DNA of 64,000 bases from the human T2T-CHM13v2.0 reference genome, Homo sapiens. The stretch lies in assembly GCF_009914755.1 (NCBI RefSeq), contig NC_060929.1. One strand, written 5' to 3'. The position numbers and the translations under genes were made by a program. Of this stretch, positions 1 to 13,337 are shown piece by piece. A model generated the notes under the pieces. It was not told the origin of the DNA, made no database searches, and saw only the letters and a list, made by a program, of their open reading frames with translations. Numbering within the stretch: position 1 is the first letter of the stretch; each line of letters opens with the position of its first letter.

Positions 1-443
1 AACACCCATCATTTAATTTAGCTTAGCAAAACATCTGACACAGACAGGATACCTTGTAGGTGCCAAAATAACCTGTGGCCAGAAACCCTGCCCCCATCAA
101 CCCTTTGAAAGAAGCATCTGACAGAGACTTCTGGTTTGGGGGTTGGAAACCAACCATTCAGAGCTCACCTGTCCCCACCGCCAATCAGGGCTCAGCTATA
201 TTGACAAATCAGGACTCAACTGTGTCAACCAGTCAGAACTAAGCAATTTTGAATACTTCATTTGCATAAATGAACCTGATTGGGAACCTGGGCATGACCT
301 TTTGCTCTAAAATCTGAATCTTCTCTTTGTTTTCTGGAACACACCTTTGTTTCACACTGAAACTATATTTTCTCAGTTTGCAAACTGTTCACTGGTATAA
401 AGTCTCTTTTCTTCAAATTCCTTTTCAGAGAACTTTCGTCACA
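1..443 (+). mobile_element. ERV1-type LTR remnant (MER34/MER39-like), 5' part outside window
   Basis: Repeated CCAAT-like boxes, octamer ATTTGCAT 260-267, degenerate polyA signal (tataaa ~396), ends ...cagagaactttcgtcaCA; family from memory. Confidence 0.55.
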
Positions 444-2744
444 TTGTATTTTAGGACTCCACTGCTCTGTACACTGAAATAATTTTGAAGGAGGTGAGAT
501 CAGAAACATGTACTTCTTATTGATCAAGAAAACCATGGCTTTGTATCTATTTGAGAAAGCAAACGTGTTTTAAAAAAAAATGGAGGCTGGGATGAGATTG
601 CAGACATGGTTGACACCCTTACTTCCTGTTGGGTAGCAATGAATCTCCAACTTTTCGTCTCTCTCAAGAAGTAAAAGTTCCTCAAGTTTTTCCTTTAGTT
701 TTTAAAAGGAAAAACAAAAACAAAAAAACACAAAACATTGTGCTGTATTCCAACCTTTCCCAATGGACTTGTCTTTGTCTTTGAACAGCTTCCATAATAC
801 CATTGAGGTCGCAAAGGTGTGTGATTTAGACTCTTTCCAGTGTTTTGGAGCTTGAAAGAAAGTGGTTGTTTGAATAAATTATGTTCTTGTGGACTATTGT
901 AAACTAGGAGTACAAATGAGCCAACAATGGCATAGCAAGGAGTGAATGGGTTACTGTCTTTTGAAGAGAAAAGATGTATTCAGATTTCCAGTCAATTCTC
1001 GAGGAATGTATTTCTGAACTATTAAATTGAACCACATACAATTGCCATTTTGTAGGTTAAACATGGCCAAATAACAGCAAATTCATATGCTTCAATTAAT
1101 ATATGAATTACCTTGTTCCCCTAAAGGTTTGTAGGACTCTAGTAGACTGATGCTCTATAATTTTTAGTGTATTTCCCATCCTCAACCCCACACGTTTATT
1201 CTCTGAACCAGGAAGGCAATTAATGCAAAATAAAACCCTAAAGTATTTAAAAGAGAAAGACTGTATGAATTATCCTGTTTAGTATTCCTAGATAATGCAA
1301 AAAGGAAGATGTTTGAATTTAGTGTAACTCTAAACGTTTTGTCCCTGAATTTCATTCAATGTTCACGTGCAAAAATATCCAACTTTTATCTACTACAAGT
1401 AGCGAAAGCAAAAGGTACTAAATAGAGCTACATTTTTTAAAGCTCCAAATTTAAATACAAGTAGAAACAGAATTCATGTCAGCTAAAGACCAAATTATTA
1501 CTTATTAACTAATACATATGCCCAGTGGATTTGGTTTATGTGTTTGGGCTTACATCACACCTTTCTCTCCTGCAAGGTTTTCTATAACTTAGCCAAGGTA
1601 GTTTCTGGAGCAAATGGGACATTCATGGGAATGACAAAATAGTGCAGAAAATGTCATTAGCAGTTCGTTATGAGACAGACAAATTCATTCTGATTTTGTC
1701 AGTGTTCACAGTAAAAAAATGGCAACAAAGCTACCAAAGGTACCTGAGACATTTCCTCCTGGAAGGAGTGTCTTGCAGTGGTCATTTCCTTCTACTTCAT
1801 TCTTCTCTTAAACCCCTCATCATTTTTTATCTTCTACGTAAAGCACCTAAAGATGTGGATTCTCAAACTTCTTTAAGAGCCAGTTAAAGGTAAATTAAAT
1901 GTTGTTGCTCAACTTTCAAGGCTAGAGTCAAATTTGGTTCCAGGTAATTTCATATTACAATACTCATGCTGTACCAATAATAGATGCCAGATGAAACTGA
2001 ATATGCATGTTAAGTTTTAAAGAACGCCTTGAGGCAAATACTTTTCTTACTCCATGCAGCTAATTTCTGATTGGCAAAGAACAGCACTAAGATCAGTCAC
2101 AATATTTCCTTGTTTACTTATTCCTTGGATAAAAAATTTAAGCGCATAAATTCTTAAACCATGTATTAAATTAATCTCTAAGAGTCTTGGAAACATTTCT
2201 GTGCCTGTTTTGGCAGTGTATCAAAAGGGAGTTCATGCTAAATACTTTGTTAAATCTATCCACTTCTCCAGTGAATAAACTGTATACCATTTTAAGAGAT
2301 AAGGTTTAGATTATTTTTGAAAATGCCTTTTGGCCTGGGGTATGCCCGCTATTACCTTTGCTTAAAAACTTGGGTTCAGGAAATTTCTACCTTAGAGAAG
2401 TAAGATTCTCTAAAAGAATGTTTCACTTCCTCATGGATACTTTATGGGGGCATTAGCATGAAGTGAAGAAATTCTTTGAAGTTTCCAGAAAGATGGGTCC
2501 CAGGAAGCTTAGAATTTATGCATAAGTAAATGACTTTATGTCCTTCTATTTGAATGTAACTTCAAATCATAATCATCAGTTGAACACATGTTGACTTTGC
2601 TTCACAGATTTGCCAGCATTCCTTTATTTTCCTGTGTGTCTGGCTCTCTATTATTACTTCAATACAGGTTCCCATAGACAAAGCCCCCAGCCCCTCCCGC
2701 AAATACAACAGGCGTTGTGGTCTCATAAAATTTTCAGTCAGAAA

Positions 2745-4292
2745 AATACCCCAAAATAAGCTTTATTGCAAGAAAAGTGTCATATTTGATACACAGACCT
2801 ACAAAAACAAACAAAACCAAAAACCATAAGTTTTTCCTCACAAACTCTTGATTACAAATTTACACTGTTCCTTTTTTCTTTTTAGTTATTAAAAAAACAA
2901 TAAAACCTCAAAATACTGGGTATAACTGGTTACTAATCTTTGGTCAGCACAGGTTTGAGAGGAACAACCAGGAGCCTGCATGTGCTTTGGCCATTTCACA
3001 TATGAGGTTTGGTCACTGGTCCAGGAAACAGGTTCTTGGGTTGAGAAGAATAATGGATACGTGCTCTTAATAGCACATCCTGGTACAATATCTTTTTAAA
3101 TGACTAAAGCAAACTAAACATCAATTCATTGTACAAACATCTTTCATACACAATAGGCTATGATAAAATGAGGCATATGGTGTATAACTACAGTATTAAT
3201 GAAAATTCTAAAAAAAAAATGGGTTTAAAACAACAACAACAACATATATTCCTTGGCTGCATTGCATGATTTGTTTGCACATATGGCAATCCTGAAATAA
3301 CTTGAACATAATAAATGCACCATTATTTAAGACAGCACGAAACACCACAGAATGCCAGGTGTTCCCTTTCAAGGGAACGGCGGTTCTTCAGCTGCCTACA
3401 GTACCATGAGGACGCAGCGCACCCTGGGTAAGAATGAGGTGTTGTGGGTAGCACATATGGTTCCTTGAGGTTATGAGAAGGAAATACAGTACGGTTTGGC
3501 CTGCAATGCTAATGGTCTCACAAGCAGTCAAGGTATTTTGCTACAGTGGTTGTGCTTCAACTTCTGTTGCCTGGTGTGTCTGGTGATATGAAATGTTGTC
3601 ACAAATGAGCTGCTTTGGCTTCGATCTACGTTATAAAGGATCTAATGACATTCATGTCTTTTAAATTATTGATTACACTGCCCATTCAGCTCTGTGTGGC
3701 TTTCTTTAAAATCATCAGGTGTGTATCAGCTGGATGACTGGCAGAAAACCAAAGGAAACATCTCTTGTATCTATTGGATTTTTAAAAAGCACCTCTAAAA
3801 AAAATAGCTCAAATTTATAAATCTAAAGAAAAACAAGTGAGTTTCCCTTTTTGTTTACATAGTTTGTTCATTTCTCCATATATTACTGCATTAAAAATAA
3901 ATAAACATCTATATTTTTTTAATTAGCAACTATAGCAAAATACCCAAAGTGTTACAGACTGCTAACAGGAAAAAAAAAAAAAGCTCACATTATTTTTGTG
4001 CATTTAGTGCCATATGCTGATATCTTGAACATTTAGGTTTCTTTTAATATATTTTAAAATGAAGTTATATAAAAAATACAGTAACCACGGTTGCCTTTGT
4101 GCTCAAATCTTTGGCCATACCAGAGTCTAAATTATCCCTCCCTGTGAGGGTCAACATTCAAAGTCTAAGACAGGGAGGAAAGAAACAAGAGTTATTATTA
4201 TTTTTCCTCTTTAAAATTAGTCCTTGACTTTTCAAATGCTTCTGCAGACTGGCTGTGCTAGGATTTGAGCCTGGGCCCAAGTCTGTGAAGGG
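2745..4292 (-). other. FBN2: FBN2 3'UTR
   Basis: Between stop codon and polyA signal; AU-rich, no obvious repeats. Confidence 0.85.
2762..2767 (-). terminator. FBN2: FBN2 polyadenylation signal AATAAA (cleavage ~2745)
   Basis: tttatt on + strand, U-rich sequence downstream on - strand, ~1.5 kb after the stop; a second AATAAA at 2623-2628. Confidence 0.8.
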
Positions 4293-4667
4293 TTAATAGA
4301 GCTGAATCTGCAGCCTCATTCTGAGAGCCTCCCCAAGCTCCCCTAGGAGGTAGTCATCCTCATTGCTCTCTTCCAGTTTCTTAAGCTCCTTCTTCTTGTA
4401 GAGAGGGATGCTAGTGATTTCCAGTGTGTATGTGCCGGGCATGAGCTTCTTCTTGGCCGTGTGCAAGTAGCTGAGCCCATTCCTTTGGTGGATGCGGAAG
4501 ACGCTGTCATCGTTCCCTTGAGAGATGACATAACGGATGTGGTTGTTGAGGGGCTGGATGGCGGGCCTTAGTTCCAGGATGTGCTCCTTAGAGCCGAGGT
4601 GGGAGAGGTTGAACTTCATGTTGACGGGGCTGTCCATGTCGACACTCTCTAGGCTGATCTGTTCAAC
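4293..4667 (-). CDS. FBN2: FBN2 last exon (65), C-terminal propeptide/placensin
   Basis: cag|GTTGAACAG acceptor; [14 protein letters not shown]...LQIQLY then TAA at 4293-4295; 375 nt. Confidence 0.97.
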   Translation of the reverse strand, partial: VEQISLESVDMDSPVNMKFNLSHLGSKEHILELRPAIQPLNNHIRYVISQGNDDSVFRIHQRNGLSYLHTAKKKLMPGTYTLEITSIPLYKKKELKKLEESNEDDYLLGELGEALRMRLQIQLY

Positions 4668-5819
4668 CTGGAGGAAGAACAGGAAATGATTTGGGACAAG
4701 CTTCTACAGCACAAGCAGAGGACTAGAAAGAGATCAGCTGCAGGGGCTTTGGTCACGAGGACAGGCTGTGGCTTCCCACTCCCGCTTTCTGCACTCTCCT
4801 TACCAGCAGTGGCTGTGAAAGAGGCTATTGTACATTTTTGTCAGTTGGAAGAAAAGGCCAATTCCATCGAGAATACCCTGTAAATCTTTAGGACTTCTCA
4901 CTCAGCCTTAACAAGGTAATTAAAGGTACAGGACTGGGCTTACAGAGTGTTCCCATTTCAAGTTTTTTTTGATGAGTTTATGAAATATTGTGCTAATTAA
5001 TAATTTTTAAAAACTAAAATTTAGGTAATGATTTTTTTTTTTCTGGAGTCAAAATAAGAAGTACTGCTGTTGGGCATCAGCAGGGAATGCGCCCAGGGGA
5101 ATCTTCTGTCTGAAAGCTGGGCTTTGATTTGTAAGGTAAGTGAATGATGAGTGAGTTTACTGGGAGCTATCAGAGGTACACAGAGTGAGTGATCTGCAGA
5201 GTTCTCAGGGCTCCAGTTCAAACCAGCATCTTTGGTAAAAGCCAGTGGGGCAGGGCCCAGATAAACCAAGTCTGACTTTTGCTCAGAGGGTTGGGAGGAG
5301 CACAAATATATCAAAGTAAGATAGGATAAAAACCACAATGCTTTGATTGGGCATCTGTTAAGTGAGGACTTGGCAGTGGTGACCCAGAAGTGCCCATCAG
5401 TGTTCAGGCAGAATTATGTCCTAGTACCCCAATGGGAAAGTTTATAAGCAGAACTTCTGGATTTGTAGTTTGGGAACTTGATGAATATCTCAACTGTCAA
5501 ACATCAGTTGGGTATCTTAGTCTACTTAAGGTAAATGTAACACTGGCTTATTTATTATTATAAAATAGCATCATGAACTTTTTGGCTAGACAAGTCAGGT
5601 CATATAGACAAAGATTCTGAGGCCCAAAAAACTGAAGCAAGTTGTCCAATTCACACAGCCAGCCAGTTGTTGATTAGGTTTTTTGGTGGGGTAATTTCTC
5701 AGTCATATTAACTGCAGAGAGTGGTGAGTGACGACCTCATACTGTCTCAGATCTTTGGGAAAATCATCAAGATCTCTAGATATGAGATATTAATCATTCA
5801 TAGGAACTGAACACATGTG

Positions 5820-6015
5820 ATATATATGTCAGGCATTGTTCCAGGCAGTTCACATGTTTCAATTCAATTAACCCTTCCATCAGCCTTCAGAGGTATTATT
5901 ATTCCCATCTTACAGGTGAAAAAACTGAGGTTGAGAGAAGTTAAATAAACACAAACTATGTAACAGAGGTAACAGATAGGGAGGGCCAGGGAGTTACGTT
6001 CAAAACCAGGTAGTC
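5820..6015 (-). mobile_element. MIR SINE
   Basis: attcccatcttacaggtgaaaaaactgaggttgagagaagttaaataa is the reverse MIR core. Confidence 0.7.
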
Positions 6016-6573
6016 TGCAGCCCACCCCTTTAAACACTGCCAAAATGCAATTAGGGAAAGGAAATATCAGTGGCTCGCAATTTCCAACTTCAGTTCCTTA
6101 AAGAATACAAGTGATTTGGAAGACAAAACTTCTTAATGAAGGAACAACTGTCTTAAAAATAAAACAAAGAATATGAGACCTACTTGGTTTCCCTAGTGAA
6201 AATTAAAATCAGCCTTGTATGCTATACATTTATAAAACAGAACTGAACAAATTAAAAATAATTTCATTTTTTGAATCATGTAAAAATAGCTCTTCCCGAG
6301 ATGGACATACCCTCCCACATAAATCAAAAACTACAACAAGAGAAAATGCTCTGAAACTGTGAATCTTAAAGTCTTTTCTCCCAAGCTTTGTGTTTTGATC
6401 TAATAATTCAATCACTTTAATTTACTTGTCTTTTCCATACTGGGTCCATTAATTTATCCATTAAATTCAAGGTATGATTAACTTCAGTGAGGCTGAAAAC
6501 GACGTGAACTGCACTGTATACATGACTCCGTAGGGATAAAATTTTGTGGCAACACAGAGTGGGATATACTCAC

Positions 6574-6745
6574 AGCAGTGGGATCAGGTTCATGAATACT
6601 TCTCTTCTGCCTGCTGTCTTTCTTAGAATAGCCGTTGATTTTGCACTCGTAGCATGCTTCTGGGGACAGAGCATTTTCCTCATCGACCTCTGTATCCAGT
6701 GACAGGTACTGCCCCTTGTTAAATCCCATTCCTGAGACACAGTGG
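6574..6745 (-). CDS. FBN2: FBN2 exon 64 (contains furin site RQKR)
   Basis: tag|C CAC TGT...GCT|gtgagt; [11 protein letters not shown]...[15 protein letters not shown]; 172 nt. Confidence 0.96.
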
Positions 6746-6891
6746 CTATTTGCAAAAAGCAAAGTATTGTTAGACTTTATCACTGACTTGACCATAGTTT
6801 TCCAGTGGTAGAGCAGACTCTTCAGAAACACGAAACCAACAGAGCAAACACTAAACTCATAAACATAAAACCCTAATATTCTTTGCAACTC

Positions 6892-7193
6892 TTTTATTTT
6901 TCTTTTAGAGACAGGGTCTTGCTCTGTTTCCCAAGCTGGAGTACAGTGGCACGATCTTGCTCACTGCAGCCTCAAACTTCTGGGCTCAAGAGCTCCTCAT
7001 GCCTCAGCCTCCAAATTAGCAGGGACAACCGGCACACACCACCACATCCAACTAATTTTTTTTAATTTTCATGTTTTGTAGAGATAGGGTCTTGCTATGT
7101 TGCCCTAGCTGGTCTCCAACTTCTGCCTTCAAGCGATTCTCCTACCTCGGACTCCCAAAGTACTGGGATTGCAGGGATGAGCCACAATCCCCT
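6892..7193 (-). mobile_element. Alu (AluJ-like)
   Basis: agagacagggtcttgctctg...ctcactgcagcctcaaacttctgggctcaag; dimeric and diverged. Confidence 0.9.
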
Positions 7194-8262
7194 ATAATTC
7201 TTTAACACACAATAGATAAACTTTTCCCTTATTTTGAAACAGCAAAATTCTTCTGAGGGTGAGCCCCATGCTTTCCCAATTTTCAATCTTAGTTAGACTG
7301 AAGTACTGAGCATAATTAACTCCAGAAGGTAAAAGTAAGGTATGAATTTCCAAAGAGAATGCTAAGACAGGTTCCATTGTTTCAGGGGCCTGAAGCCTGT
7401 ATTTGCTGCTTGCAACAAAGCTCCCTGCTTTAAAAACTGAGATTTCTGAACTTATATTTTGGTTAGTGAGTCAATGAATTGGCTCTAAATGACCTTTGTG
7501 TAGACCAAGCCTTTTGTTTTAACTATTATCATACACCATTGTTGGACAGACTTGGTCCATGCCTTTTAGTCCCTGCCTTGCACACTGCTCCTTTCAAAGA
7601 AGGCAACCTGGACTGACCTCTAAATGCCCATCTTCTGTGTTACTGAGCACCACGGCCTTCCTGGAAGAATGCAAATGGCCAGCACCTCTGCCACAGCCCA
7701 TGGAACTTGAGACAGTGCGCCTAGTTGGAGGGAAGCCTGTCTTGTGGGTCAGGCCCGTGCTGAATGACACCACACCAACTAGGCACCATCCTCTCTCTGT
7801 GCGATAGGAAAGCCACATGAGCAAAGAAAGGGACAAACTCCTTCCTCAGTGATCACTATGCTAGCACCTTCCAGAATTTGTAGAAGAACCTGTGGCAAGG
7901 CCATTTCCACTTCTACCTCACAGCCCAGGTATCCATGGCAACGTGTGAGCTGCATTTTTAAGCATCTGTTTGTCTCTGGCCTTGGGTCAAATTGAATCAA
8001 TTCAGGCCCTTAATAAGAGGAGCAAAGAGTGATATTTACATACAAGTTCAAGTTTTATGCTCATCACAAAGGAAGTAATGCTATACCCTGAGCACAGTCC
8101 GTGTGTGCTTTCTTGGTATTTATCTGCATACCCGAAGAGTTCTAATCAATGCTTTTGCGGTTTGGCTTTTAGACACTGTACTCTTCCCTGCAGTGGGGGG
8201 TGGCCTGAACTCACTCAGGAACCATGTATTCCTCTATGTGCTGAGGCTGAAGGCCGCCTTAC

Positions 8263-8494
8263 CCTTGTCCCACTCTGTAATACCCAGGGGGGCAGCCACA
8301 GAGGTAGCCCCCCTCCGTGTTAGAGCAGCCGTAATTGCAGGGGTTCTTGGAGGACGAGCACTCATTCACGTCGTGGCAGGCACTGGAGAACTGGTCGAAG
8401 GAGAACCCCGAGGGGCAGGCGCACTTGTAACTCCCCAGGGTGTTGTAGCAGGAAGCAGAGCCACAGGCATTGGGATTGGAGCATTCATTCTCAT
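8263..8494 (-). CDS. FBN2: FBN2 exon 63 (two cbEGF)
   Basis: tag|AT GAG AAT...GG|gtaagg; [11 protein letters not shown]...YYRVGQG; 232 nt. Confidence 0.96.
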
Positions 8495-8799
8495 CTAGTG
8501 AAACGAAGAAAGAAACTCTTACACGGGGAAGCAGGCAAGAGCAAAAACGTGAACAAGTCTGGAGTCTCAAGTGCCTGTGATTTTATGGCAGAAATAACTC
8601 TAACACAGTATTTTATTTTATTCTGACGACTGATTTGCAAAGCACGTGAATGAAAAAAATTCCCCTAAATTGTGGCTTTAAAAAACCCTTGCTTTGCTCT
8701 TTTCTGTTTGTACTGTTTCTAAATATGTCTGCAGCCCTTGGGAACAGATATTTGCAGTTTGCCTAGTGAATAACTCTTCTATTCTCTTAACAGAAGGTT

Positions 8800-9036
8800 A
8801 CTTCAAAAGCTTATATCTCGGGCAAATCCTTAGAGATAGAGAGAAAATTAGTTGCCGGGGCCTGTCGGGAGGAAGAAATGGGAAATGACCGCTCTTGGGT
8901 ATGGTGTTTCTTTTGGAGGTGATGAGAATGTTCGGAAACTGGTAGTATTGATGACTGCATACCTTTGTGAGAATCTACAAAACCCATTTACATGTACACT
9001 TTAAAAGAGAGAAGTTTATGATATATCAATTAAAAA
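8800..9036 (+). mobile_element. Old L1M (L1MB-like) 3' end
   Basis: gtttcttttggaggtgatgagaatgtt...tgtacactttaaaa motif of L1MB 3'UTRs. Confidence 0.65.
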
Positions 9037-12000
9037 AGTCCCTATAAGTATTTGTATCCATTCCCCCAGCAATTCCCCAAACCTTCATTATACAGGAGGA
9101 GAAAGCATAAAAAAATTTATAAACCCTAAATGAAAACGATGGAAAACAACACTATTTAGTTAAATCAGTTGAACGAACAACCTAGTTCAGTTTAAAATGC
9201 TTGAGAACCCATTGGGTGCAGACTGTGCTTTCTGAGGCAGGTTTGCATCCAGCCATCAGCCAGCTATAGCTTTTACTCGCTTAATGACTAACATTATACT
9301 ATAAATACCTGGTAGCAGGATAATTATAGGTTATACTTTCAGTTACTATTATCATTTTTACAAAATCAAAGTCTGATTATGCTTTCAACTTTGGAGATTA
9401 TAAGTTTGCCTTAACTGTCTGGTTGATATACAGCATGTGGCTTGACTTCTTTGGGCTTTTTTTATAATCCAAATTTCACCCTGGGAACAAATCACATCTG
9501 TTCCATGGAATTCTTTCAATTCTTGTGACTCCATGTGGAGCAAAGAGTGTCTGTTTACCTAATATGTGACAAGTATATATTTCAGCCCATGTGGGGAAAC
9601 AGGCCCATGTGCAAGTGGGTGTGCACAGAGGACATAGTACCTAGTGGGGAAGCGAGGGATCTGCAGCAGCTCAGTGAGATTTGGAAGATGCACATGGGCT
9701 CTCAGTGAAGAGGCCTCCCAGACAGGAATTAAACTTCATTAAGTACAGGACAGAAGTTACTGAAAGGGTAGATATTATTAGGAACATTTTTGTATCATGA
9801 TTCTGATAGTCTCAGAATTAAAGGAGACCACTAAATGTAGGTGTCTTAATCACTGAATATAAAAGATGCTGATTATCTAATATGTGAAAATTCTTAGCCT
9901 TTATGGCAGGGGAAGAACGTAGATACGATAAATAAATTCTCAGTAACTTGGCTACATAAGATGTAACTATAACTGCTATTTTATTTCTATATACAAGAGA
10001 CTTGGAATTCTGCCATAAAGCCTCATCTGCTTTTATAATTAGATCTGACATTCCTATGCAGTGTTTCTCTCCTAACAGGGAATCTAAATTAGATTACAAT
10101 TTAATAAAATGATCCTGCCATGAATATACCATTAGACATTGTGTTAGGAAGAAAAATTACCAGGCAAAAATAATTAACTGAATAAATTATATTTAAACAT
10201 ATCACTTACAAGAATATTTAAAAATATGTAACATTTTTGCAAGCACCATGATATACCTCATATTTATATTCTATAAATGTATATCATGATTAAAATTTAT
10301 AGACTTAAATAAATATGTTCCTGTCTGACACATACTTTGAACTGATTCAAGCCTCACTCAACTATGTGTGAATTATTGTGAACAGGCTACAGAAGCAACT
10401 GGAAGTTACTAAAACACAAAGTCTTCATATATGAAGACATAATTTTTCTTCATATGCAAATGTTAGTATTTACATATTTCCAATTTTGAATAATTGTATT
10501 TGAATAATTCTAATGCTTACAAATAGTTGAGAATGTTCCCTACATCTGTACACTCTATCTACCAGAACGTTGTAAATTCTTTGTGACAACTGGCAGAAAA
10601 CTTCCTAAAGTGTTAGTTTGAACTGAAAGCTTTTTTCAATATTAACACTTTCAAAGAACTTTCATTCTTCTTCAATTGGTAGCAGGTTTAGTAACATCGT
10701 AGGTTTACAGTTTTGCCTGTTTAAACTGTCTGATGCATTGACTAACAGTGTTGACCACTGACGAGGATTCCGGGGGAAATCTGTCTGAAATGCTTCCTTC
10801 TGTATTCCCCCATCAATCATATGAATGGCTGAAGATATTCACACAAGTAGTGACAGATAAAAAATGTTGGTGGCTTTTCAATTTGCGTTTTGTCCTAATT
10901 CTTTTGCTAACTTGTTGCTTTTATTAGTTTCCTGAAGGGGTATTTCACCCAATTTCTGCCATATGTTTGAGTTAAAAATCTAATGGCGTTACATGAATTC
11001 AAGGGAAGAAAGTCAGCAATTTTATTAGAGACAAGCTGGATTCCTCAACCCTGCCCAGAAGAATCTAGAATCTTTTGAAATAAATCCCTGATGTGTCGTA
11101 CCCAGGCACCTGCTGCTTAGAGGTACTCATTTTAGTAGAATAAGCTTACAAATTAATACCTGCAATTAGGGATATCTGCTCATGTATTTTTAGTTTTGGA
11201 CTCATCTTAAACCATTTATTCCTCTGCTCATGGAGTTTCTCCTGATTAGAAGGCAAACCGGCTTCTGGCTGGACTCCATTGCGAGCTCCTTTGGGGGTGA
11301 CTGCCTTGTCAAAGTGCTCACCCCAGGATCTCATAAAGGGGAACTGGGATACACCACACCATCTTGATTTTAAGTCAGACTATTTTAGATAGAGCTTCCA
11401 CATTTAGTAAAAACCTGTGCAGCTCGTTTTGTGCTAGGTGTTCAGAAACAAAAACTTCAGGAAACTGAAACACTTTGAAATTAAATTGGCACTCCATGCA
11501 TTTTCCTATTTCTACTTTTGTTCTCCTTAAAAAAAATTCTGTTTGATAGAGAATCATTCTTTTGGATTAAGGTCTATGGAATTAACCAACAAGTCCATGG
11601 TATTTACTAAATAAAGTGGTGGGCTTCATATTTTATAAATATTGTAATATAATAAAATTGTTTTATATTATTATTATATTTATTTATTTATTTAAATTTT
11701 ACTTTAAGTTCTGGGATACATGTGCAGAATGTGCAGGTTTGTTACATAGCCAAGTGTGCCATGGTGCTGTGCTGCACCTACTGACTCATCTTCTAGGTTA
11801 CCTCCCCTCGCCCCCCAACCCCCAACAGGCCCCAGCATGTGCTTATTCCCTTCCTTTCCCTGCGTCTATGTGTTCTCGTTGTTCAGCTCTCACTTATGAT
11901 GAGAACATGTGGTGTTTGGTTTTCTGTTCCTGTGTTAGTTTGCTGCGGATGATGATTTCCAGCTTCATCCATGTCCCTGCAAAGGACATGCTCTCATTCC

Positions 12001-13217
12001 TTTTTATGGCTGCATAGTATTCCATGGTGTATATGTACCACATTTTCTTTATCCAGTCTATCATGGGCATTTGGGTTGGTTCCAAGACTTTGCTATTGTA
12101 AATAGTGCTGCAGTAAACATACGTGTGCATGTGTCTTTATAGTAGAATGATCTATATTCCTGTGGGTATATATCCAGTAATGGGATTGCTGGGTCAAATG
12201 GTATTTCTGGTTCTAGATCCCTGTGGAATCACCACACTGTCTTCAACAATGGTTGAACTAATTTCCATTCCCACCAACAGTGTAAAAGTTTTCCTATTTC
12301 TCCACAGTCTCACCAGCATCTATTGTTTCTTGACTTTTTAATAATAGCCATTCTAACTGGCATGAGATGGTATCTCATGGTGGTTTTGATTTGCATTTCT
12401 CTAATAATCAGTGATGTGAGCTTTTTTTCATATGTTTGTTGGCCACATAAATGTTTTTTTTTGAGAAGTGTCTGTTCACATCCTTTTCCCACTTTTTGAT
12501 AGGGTTTTTGTATTTTTCCCACAAACTTGTTTAAGTTCCTTGCAGATTCTGGATATTAGACCTGTGTCAGATGGGTAGATTGCAAACATTTTCTTCCATT
12601 CTGTAGGTTGCTTGTTCACTCTGATGATAGTTTCTTTTGCTGTGCAGAAGCTCTTTAGTTCTTTGAAACCAATGAGAACAAACAGACAACGTACCAGAAT
12701 CTCTGAGACACAGCTAAAGCACTGTTTAGGGGAAATTTATAGCGCTAAATGCCCATGTCAGAAAGCTAGAAAGATCTCAAGTCAACACTCTAACATCACA
12801 GTTAAAAGAGCTAGAGAAGCAAGAGCAAGCTAATTCAAAAGCTAACAGACGACAAGAAATAACTAAGATCAGAGCAGAATTGAAAGAGATAGAGACATGA
12901 AAAACCCTCCAAAAAATCAATGAATCCAGGAGCTGGCTTTTTGAAAAAATTAACAAAATACACCACTAGCTAGACTAATAAAGAACAGAGAAGAATCAAA
13001 TAGACACAATAAAAAAATGATAAAGGTGATATCACCACTGATCACACAGAAATACAAACTACCATCAGAGAATACTATAAACATCTCTATGCAAATAAAC
13101 TAAGAAATCTAGAAGAAATGGATAAATTCCTGGACACATACACCCTACCAAGACTAAACCAGGAAGAAGTCGAATCCCTGAATAGACCAATAACAAGTTC
13201 TAAATTTGAGGCAGTAA

Positions 13218-13337
<120 letters not shown>

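Noticed and set aside
8103-8498. 131-aa + strand ORF, and similar ones at 16799, 35457 and 54053
   Set aside because: Antisense shadows of FBN2 exons with no independent gene signals
10500-10900. Possible decayed hAT transposase C-terminus on the - strand
   Set aside because: Only faint motif resemblance with many stops and no TIRs; needs an HMM search
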